Source: a bacterium
Lineage (GTDB): Bacteria; Zhuqueibacterota; Zhuqueibacteria; Residuimicrobiales; Krinioviventaceae
Length of the DNA stretch: 64,000 nt
Direction: 5' to 3'
Assembly: GCA_963693055.1 (NCBI GenBank)
Contig: OY843751.1
Span: 2,016,001 to 2,080,000 of the forward strand
Part shown: one piece after another, positions 57,822-64,000 of the stretch
How positions within the stretch are numbered: position 1 is the first letter of the stretch
How the letters are laid out: each line of letters starts with the position of its first letter
Made by a program: the position numbers and the translations under genes
Notes under the pieces: model-generated
Seen by the model: the letters and a program-made list of their open reading frames with translations, nothing else
Told to the model about the DNA's origin: nothing
Database searches by the model: none

Positions 57822-58994
57822 TTGAGATATATTATCCCCATTATCAGTAGTCTTTTAATCATAATCGGTGTGTCGTTTATCGCTGCAATGATGTTGAGGT
57901 TTTTTAATAAACGTATATGGCAATCACGTTATTTACAAAAATTTGCCATATGGCTGCCGCGTGCAACTGCATTTTCCCAATTAATCTGGCTGGTGGGTAT
58001 TCTTTTAGGTGCTGGTATTTTCTATTTGATAGGAGGGTCTCTCACCACGGTACTGATATTTTTTATTCTGGCGCTGGTTATAGCTCTTCCAATTTCATGG
58101 TTGTTTTATCAAATTGGATCAAAAGTAACTAATGCTAAACATAAAGAGCAAAGACGCAAATTTTTGAAAAGCATGGCAGGCGTATTCCCGGTTGCAGCGC
58201 TTTCATTTGCCGCGACCGGAGTCGTTAAATCATATAGCAAAGTCAAAGTTCCTATCATAGAGGTGCCTGTTCCTGATTTACCTCTGGCCTTGGATGGATT
58301 ACGGATTGCGCATCTTTCTGATCTGCATTTAGGCTATTACTTTCAGCTGGATGAGTTGCAGCTCGCGTTATATGATATTAAAGCCCAGAATCCCGATATC
58401 TTTTTTGTAACTGGTGATGTAGCAGATGAACTGCATCAGCTTGATAAAGCTTTGAATATGATCAATGAATTGGATACACCCCACAAAGGATTTGCAAGTG
58501 TGGGAAATCACGAGTATTATCGTGGTATTGATAAAGTTATTTCAGTTTATGGTAATAATCCTGTTCCATTGTTACTTGACCATGGTGTTACCATACAAAT
58601 AAATGGACAGCCGGTTTATATTGGCGGCGCAGATGATCCTGTTTCGCATCGGCTTGATATGCAGTCATTTTTGCGCAAGACTGTGGAGAAAAGTATGCAA
58701 GATGCACCGGAGAATGCCTTTAAAATCTTGCTCAGTCATCGCCCTGCAGCTTTTGATATAGCTCAAAATATGGGTGTTCATTTAACCCTGGCTGGCCATA
58801 CACATGGTGCACAATTTGGTTTCAATGGGCGCAGTGTTTTTGAAGGTAATCCCATAGAGCGCTATTTGTGGGGATTGTATCGCAATAATGGTAAAGCGCT
58901 TTATACGTCCTGTGGAATGGGACACTGGTTTCCTTTCAGGTTTGGTTGTCCTGCTGAAGCACCAATATTGGTATTAAAGCAGGCAAAAGCATAG
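57822..58994 (+). CDS. Membrane-anchored metallophosphoesterase (YkuE-like)
   Basis: SDLHLG, TGD, GNHEYY, SHRP, GHTHG. Confidence 0.9.
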   Translation: MRYIIPIISSLLIIIGVSFIAAMMLRFFNKRIWQSRYLQKFAIWLPRATAFSQLIWLVGILLGAGIFYLIGGSLTTVLIFFILALVIALPISWLFYQIGSKVTNAKHKEQRRKFLKSMAGVFPVAALSFAATGVVKSYSKVKVPIIEVPVPDLPLALDGLRIAHLSDLHLGYYFQLDELQLALYDIKAQNPDIFFVTGDVADELHQLDKALNMINELDTPHKGFASVGNHEYYRGIDKVISVYGNNPVPLLLDHGVTIQINGQPVYIGGADDPVSHRLDMQSFLRKTVEKSMQDAPENAFKILLSHRPAAFDIAQNMGVHLTLAGHTHGAQFGFNGRSVFEGNPIERYLWGLYRNNGKALYTSCGMGHWFPFRFGCPAEAPILVLKQAKA

Positions 58995-59001
58995 TTGTGG
59001 A

Positions 59002-59811
59002 ATGATTATGAATCTAGTTGAAAAATACGGGCAATACGCATTGGTAACCGGAGCCTCTTCCGGTTTGGGTCTTGCATTTGCAGAATATCTGGCAGCATGC
59101 AAAATGGATTTGATTCTTGTTGCACGCAGGAAAGTTGAATTGAAGCAAATTGCCAATCGTTTACAACAAGAGCATTCCGTTACTGTAATACCGATAGTTC
59201 AGGATTTATCTGACCCTGATTTTTGGGATATTATTGAATCTCAAATCAAAGATTTGGAAATCGGGCTGTTGGTCAATAATGCGGGTATGGGTGCGTCTGG
59301 TGAATTTACATCAATTGATTTAAAACGCCATATGGAGCTGGTCCGTTTAAATTGTCAGGCCCCAGTTCAATTGAGTCATTATATACTCTCTGGTATGAAA
59401 AAAAGAAAACGGGGCGCTGTAATTTTTATAGGCTCAATTGTAGGGCATGGAGGTACCCCTTTTTATTCTACCTATGCAGCATCAAAGGCATTTAATATTT
59501 CACTGGCTAAATCCATTTGGTTTGATGTTAGAGGGTATAATATTGATGTACTTGTTGTTTCTCCTGGTACTATCAAAACCGACTTTCATCATAATGCTGG
59601 TATGAGTCAACCGCAGAGGGCAGCAATTGCTGATAAAGTTGTAACAGGCGCAATGCAAAAGCTTGGTAAAAATATTGAACATGTTCCCGGATTTTTGAAC
59701 CGTTTGGTGTCATTATTTAATGATTTGATTAATGGTGCTTGGTACTATCAAAAAAAATATAATTATATAAAAAAGAACATGTTTGCAAAAAATAGGGAAC
59801 CTGAGGAGTAA
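59002..59811 (+). CDS. SDR family oxidoreductase
   Basis: TGASSGLG, NNAG, YAASK. Confidence 0.92.
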   Translation: MIMNLVEKYGQYALVTGASSGLGLAFAEYLAACKMDLILVARRKVELKQIANRLQQEHSVTVIPIVQDLSDPDFWDIIESQIKDLEIGLLVNNAGMGASGEFTSIDLKRHMELVRLNCQAPVQLSHYILSGMKKRKRGAVIFIGSIVGHGGTPFYSTYAASKAFNISLAKSIWFDVRGYNIDVLVVSPGTIKTDFHHNAGMSQPQRAAIADKVVTGAMQKLGKNIEHVPGFLNRLVSLFNDLINGAWYYQKKYNYIKKNMFAKNREPEE

Positions 59812-59905
59812 CTTGTTCGTTACAAATCTAAACAACTAATAAAGGGAGACGCATTAGCGTAATTTGATACAAAACTGACTTTTCACAATTACAGGATTTA
59901 GGTTT

Positions 59906-62254
59906 ATGTATCGTTATGTGTTAATGCTTTTGCTTTTCATATCTGTACCATTGTATTCACAATCACATAACAGTAAGATTGAATATTCAGGCATTATTCA
60001 TGATGCAAAAAATAAAAGTCCGCTTGCAGGTGCAAATGTACTTTTGCCTGAATTGGATACCGGAACTACATCCAACAAGCTGGGTGTATTTACTTTTATG
60101 CTACCAGCTGGTACTTTCCAAATCAATGTTTCTTTTATGGGCTATAAATCGCAATCTTTTACCATTCATCCTGCTACCGGGAAGCATGAAAAACATGTCT
60201 TTGAACTTGAGCCCATTGTGTTATCTGCAAAAGAATTGTCCGTATCTGCTCAGGCAGATGATCCGGTGATCAACCGATTCGAAATCAAAGCCCGTGAAAT
60301 ATTAAAGGCGCCGGCACCGCTTCCCGATGCATTATTGACATTAAAGACACTTCCCGGAGTTTCTTCCAGGAACGATTTTAGCGCCTTGTATAGTGTAAGA
60401 GGGGGGAATTTTGATGAAAATCTTATATACATTAATGGTTTCGAGATCCATCAACCCCAGGTTGTTCGTAAAGGTATTATGGAGAACCCCTCTCTGGTTA
60501 ACTCGGAAATGCTGCAAGATATAAATCTACGAACAGGTGCTTTTTCTGTTAAATATGGAGACAAGCTCAGTTCAGTTCTGGACGTGACTTATAAAACGCC
60601 CAAAGAAAAAACATTTGCCGGAACAGTAGACCTCAGTACAATTGGTGCAACCTCGGCAATGCAAATACGATTATCTCCTGAATGGTCTATGTCTTTGGGC
60701 TTCCGTAAATTAGATTACAGTTATCTTGTGGGGAATATCCAAAACCAGGAAACCCATTTTACACCGGATTATCAGGATGTTCAATCGGTTTTAACCTGGC
60801 AGCCGGATTCTACATCACGGTTACAGATTTTGGGCTTGAATGCAGAGAGCCGGTTTCACTCAGCTCCTGAATCCTTTGCGTATTGGCGGGAAGATGAAGG
60901 CTATTACAAATACATATATGATGGATATGAAAACTTTGATTATAATACTGCTATGATGGCAGCAAAACTGCAAAAAGATTTTCGATCGATCCATTGGAAT
61001 GTTGGTGGTGCCTGGTATAGACAGCGTGAAACAGAGAATACGCAGCTGGATGAGAACATGTTGTACAATTATTCATTCCGTGATGAGCCCACCATGCAAG
61101 CCTATGATGATTATCGATATCGTTATCACTTTGTTAAAAATCAATTTAAAAGTTATTTCTATACTTTGAATACGGATATTGAATGGTTTGTCTCACCCCT
61201 TTGGACCATCAAATCGGGGCTTGATGTTAAAAGATTCAGAATTAATGATAATATGCTTGAAGAACTAAAGGAGTTTAATAATGCTGGCACAAGTTTTCTA
61301 ATACCTATGCATAATTACAATACTCGTGAATCTCATAAAGGATACCTGCTTTCCCAATTTGCGCAAGCCGTTTGGAGGCCCGCACCAGAATGGCGAATAA
61401 TTCCAGGAGTACGCTGGACTGTTAGCACATTGAATCACGAACAACTATTCCTGCCACGAATCCAGGGCATATGGCAAATGAATGCTACCTATGAGTATTT
61501 TGCTTCTGTTGGCAGATATGCTCAACCACCTTTGAACCGTGAATTCCAATTCCGTCAAGGTCCAGATGAAGAACTGCTTTCTCAGAAATCCTGGAATTTA
61601 ACTGCCGGATTCAGTCGTACCCCACAGCAAGGGCTTTCATTGCGACTGGAAGCGTATTACAAATCACTTAAAGATATAATATCTTATGAGATAGAAGATG
61701 TTCAGCTACGTTATTCAGGAATCAATGATGCCAAGGGTTATGTATATGGACTAGATGCATTCTTGCATGGCGAAATTGTAGAGGGTACAGAAAATTGGTT
61801 TAGTTATAGTTATATGGTTGCAAATGAAGATATAATGGGTGATGATGCCGGGTATGTACCACGCCCATCAGATAGAAGGCACCAGTTGTCATATTATATG
61901 GAAGATAGAATGGAAAAATTTCCCAATTCCAAAATGCATATTCGCCTTGTTTATGGTACGGGTTTTCCCTTTACATGGAAACGATATGTTCTCAATTATG
62001 CTACAGGAGAGTATGAATATTCGGAAGCGAAACGAAATAGTGACCGGTTATCCGCTTATCGTCGTTTCGATGCGGGATTCACTCAGGAATTCCGCATCGG
62101 TAAACGATATTCTATAATTTTACGTGAAGAAGTGTTGAACGTATTTAATAATATTAATATTCTGGGTTATGATATTTCTTTTAATCGTAAAGTTGACCGC
62201 TATTTAAGCGGTCGTATTTACAATGTCGGGTGTCGGTTGGTATTACATGAATGA
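59906..62254 (+). CDS. TonB-dependent receptor with N-terminal carboxypeptidase-like domain
   Basis: PL.GANV, SF.GY, LPGV, YSVRGGNFDEN, GDKLSSVLD. Confidence 0.88.
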   Translation: MYRYVLMLLLFISVPLYSQSHNSKIEYSGIIHDAKNKSPLAGANVLLPELDTGTTSNKLGVFTFMLPAGTFQINVSFMGYKSQSFTIHPATGKHEKHVFELEPIVLSAKELSVSAQADDPVINRFEIKAREILKAPAPLPDALLTLKTLPGVSSRNDFSALYSVRGGNFDENLIYINGFEIHQPQVVRKGIMENPSLVNSEMLQDINLRTGAFSVKYGDKLSSVLDVTYKTPKEKTFAGTVDLSTIGATSAMQIRLSPEWSMSLGFRKLDYSYLVGNIQNQETHFTPDYQDVQSVLTWQPDSTSRLQILGLNAESRFHSAPESFAYWREDEGYYKYIYDGYENFDYNTAMMAAKLQKDFRSIHWNVGGAWYRQRETENTQLDENMLYNYSFRDEPTMQAYDDYRYRYHFVKNQFKSYFYTLNTDIEWFVSPLWTIKSGLDVKRFRINDNMLEELKEFNNAGTSFLIPMHNYNTRESHKGYLLSQFAQAVWRPAPEWRIIPGVRWTVSTLNHEQLFLPRIQGIWQMNATYEYFASVGRYAQPPLNREFQFRQGPDEELLSQKSWNLTAGFSRTPQQGLSLRLEAYYKSLKDIISYEIEDVQLRYSGINDAKGYVYGLDAFLHGEIVEGTENWFSYSYMVANEDIMGDDAGYVPRPSDRRHQLSYYMEDRMEKFPNSKMHIRLVYGTGFPFTWKRYVLNYATGEYEYSEAKRNSDRLSAYRRFDAGFTQEFRIGKRYSIILREEVLNVFNNINILGYDISFNRKVDRYLSGRIYNVGCRLVLHE

Positions 62255-62275
62255 AACAGACCGAGGGAGCTGTTT

Positions 62276-62875
62276 TTAAAATGTAGCCCAAAATGCTTGT
62301 TTTAATTCTTGATACGTCGTTGTCACCGGGAACTGGGGGAACTCGTCAATGACATTTTGAGGGGGACGGAACAGGATGCCGGCATCCGCTTCTTTTAACA
62401 TGGTTGTATCGTTATAAGAATCCCCGGCAGCAACAACTTTGAAATAAAGTTGTTTCAATGCCAATACAGATTGTCTTTTTTGGTCTTTTTGACGCAATTG
62501 GTAATCGACAACCATACCCTTGTCGTTAATAACAAGGCTGTTACAAAAAAGTGTAGGATAGTCCAGTTGTTTCATCAAAGGAGATGCAAATTCATAAAAA
62601 GTATCAGAAAGGATAATTACCTGAAACTTTTCTTTCAACTCGTACAAAAAGTCTTTGGCACCTTCAAGCGGTTCAAGTTGCGAAATGACATTTTGAATGT
62701 CAGATAAACCCAGGTTATGTGCTTTTAAAATATCCAGTCTTTGCTTCATAAGTACATCATAATCAGGTATATCACGTGTAGTAGCGCGTAATTCATCAAT
62801 GCCGGTATGTTCAGCAAAATTTATCCAAATTTCCGGAACGAGTACACCTTCCAGGTCAAGACATGCTATGCTCAA
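62276..62875 (-). CDS. thrH: Phosphoserine phosphatase/homoserine phosphotransferase
   Basis: CLDLEGVLVPEIW, ATTRD.PDYD.LM, ILSDTFYEF, GDSYNDT.ML. Confidence 0.93.
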   Translation of the reverse strand: MSIACLDLEGVLVPEIWINFAEHTGIDELRATTRDIPDYDVLMKQRLDILKAHNLGLSDIQNVISQLEPLEGAKDFLYELKEKFQVIILSDTFYEFASPLMKQLDYPTLFCNSLVINDKGMVVDYQLRQKDQKRQSVLALKQLYFKVVAAGDSYNDTTMLKEADAGILFRPPQNVIDEFPQFPVTTTYQELKQAFWATF

Positions 62876-63127
62876 AATTTTGTTCTCCTGTTATTGGTAT
62901 TGTTTAAATAAAATAGTGAAAATTTAAAAAAAATAAAAGTATGAAATTGTTGAATCTATTGAGAAATCTCTATATCTTTAATGTGTTATACTCTATATAA
63001 AAAATAATGTTAAAAATTTTTCTGCAATTGTATATTATTTTTATTAAATTAATATGATCAGATTTATATCTGGGGAAACACGTTGTTTTATAAATTTCAC
63101 AAATATGATATTATCGAGGGAGATATC

Positions 63128-64000
63128 ATGTTAAAAGCATTCATGATTTGGATGCTCATATTACTACCGGTATTCACTTTGATGGCTGGTTCTGGCATTG
63201 GTGAATCCGGATCTGTATTTATGACATCACTACCGCCCAATGCGCCTGAATTAAGCGCTCCAACCAATGGGCTGGCGTCTGTTCCTGATTCCGTTTTTTT
63301 GACCTGGAGGTCACTCATCCATACCTCTGGTTTTAACGTTCAGGTTTCTAACGAGGATGATTTTAATACGCTTCTTTTAGATGAAACAGGTATTGCGGAT
63401 ACCTTGTATTTAATGAAAAATCTGGATTACAGTACGATGCACTATTGGCGTGTGAATGCTGTAAATGCTGCTGGTACCAGTCCTTTTTCATCTGTTTGGT
63501 CTTTTTCTACGTTACAGCCTTTGTCAGGACCAGAATTAATACGTCCTGAAAATGGAGCGATTGTAGCAAGTGAGGGTTTGGTATTAGAATGGATTCCTAT
63601 TGATGGTGCTATTGAATACCATTTACAAGTCTCAGATAATCCTGATTTTTCTTATTTAGTGATTGATAAAAGTGACATTCAGGAATCAAATTATGCATTA
63701 AACCTGGAGATGGGTAATGTCTGGTATTGGAGAATAAGTGCAATAAATAAAGCCGGAGAAGGTGATTTCTCAAGTATCTGGTCTTTTTCTAATTTAGCAA
63801 CTGATATTGATAAAGAATCCATACCCAAAAATTTTGACTTGTTGCCAGCCTATCCTAATCCATTTAATCCTACTACATTTATAACATACCATTTACCAAA
63901 AACTGCGGATGTATCATTGGTCATTTACAATAGTATGGGGCAAATGATCCGCAACCTTGAAAATGGTCAGCGCCAGGCTGGTCGTTATACAAAACAATGG
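63128..64000 (+). CDS. Secreted protein with two FN3-like repeats and FlgD-Ig/T9SS-type C-terminal domain (runs off window end)
   Basis: ATG 63128 with SD GAGGGAG; P.L..P.NG...W...QVS...F...YWR..A.N.AG...FS..WSF twice; AYPNPFNP; absent from the ORF track because it is truncated. Confidence 0.85.
   Translation, partial: MLKAFMIWMLILLPVFTLMAGSGIGESGSVFMTSLPPNAPELSAPTNGLASVPDSVFLTWRSLIHTSGFNVQVSNEDDFNTLLLDETGIADTLYLMKNLDYSTMHYWRVNAVNAAGTSPFSSVWSFSTLQPLSGPELIRPENGAIVASEGLVLEWIPIDGAIEYHLQVSDNPDFSYLVIDKSDIQESNYALNLEMGNVWYWRISAINKAGEGDFSSIWSFSNLATDIDKESIPKNFDLLPAYPNPFNPTTFITYHLPKTADVSLVIYNSMGQMIRNLENGQRQAGRYTKQW

Noticed and set aside
58150-58170. Internal RRKFLK twin-arginine motif in the metallophosphoesterase
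   Set aside because: Common feature of YkuE-like phosphoesterases, not unusual.
1073-58994. Genome-wide TAG reassignment (alternative genetic code)
   Set aside because: Several genes end at TAG exactly where their families end (3001, 26053, 42457, 50477, 58994), so TAG is a normal stop here.

Overview
AT-rich bacterial chromosomal window. Three proteins carry a C-terminal (N/A)YPNPFNP FlgD-Ig/T9SS-type sorting domain, which points to the FCB group (KSB1/Calditrichota-like; inference). No rRNA, tRNA, CRISPR array or transposase was seen. Main content in order: M1 peptidase; a Tat-exported aldo/keto reductase interrupted by one in-frame TAG; GH29 fucosidase followed by a split corrinoid methyltransferase module (MtaA/URO-D fold, homocysteine-binding domain, MetH reactivation domain); GH127 and GH172 glycosidases; sirtuin; iodotyrosine-deiodinase-like nitroreductase; tandem unknown lipoproteins; malic enzyme; a GxxExxY nuclease gene bracketed by ~31-bp periodic inverted repeats; a DUF1080 + Gfo/Idh/MocA pair; an orphan ArsR with repeated operators; a displaced ylxR-ylxQ pair with an antisense queT; and an ~18-kb sigma54-type regulatory, secreted-protein and Wzy-polysaccharide locus that resembles PEP-CTERM/EPS loci but has no exosortase. 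The best candidates for undescribed biology are the IR-flanked GxxExxY cassette, the sigma54 EPS/secreted-protein locus, the in-frame TAG, two anti-Shine-Dalgarno-loop hairpin RNAs, and the sugar-linked methyl-transfer module. All family assignments come from motif recognition by eye; no searches were run.
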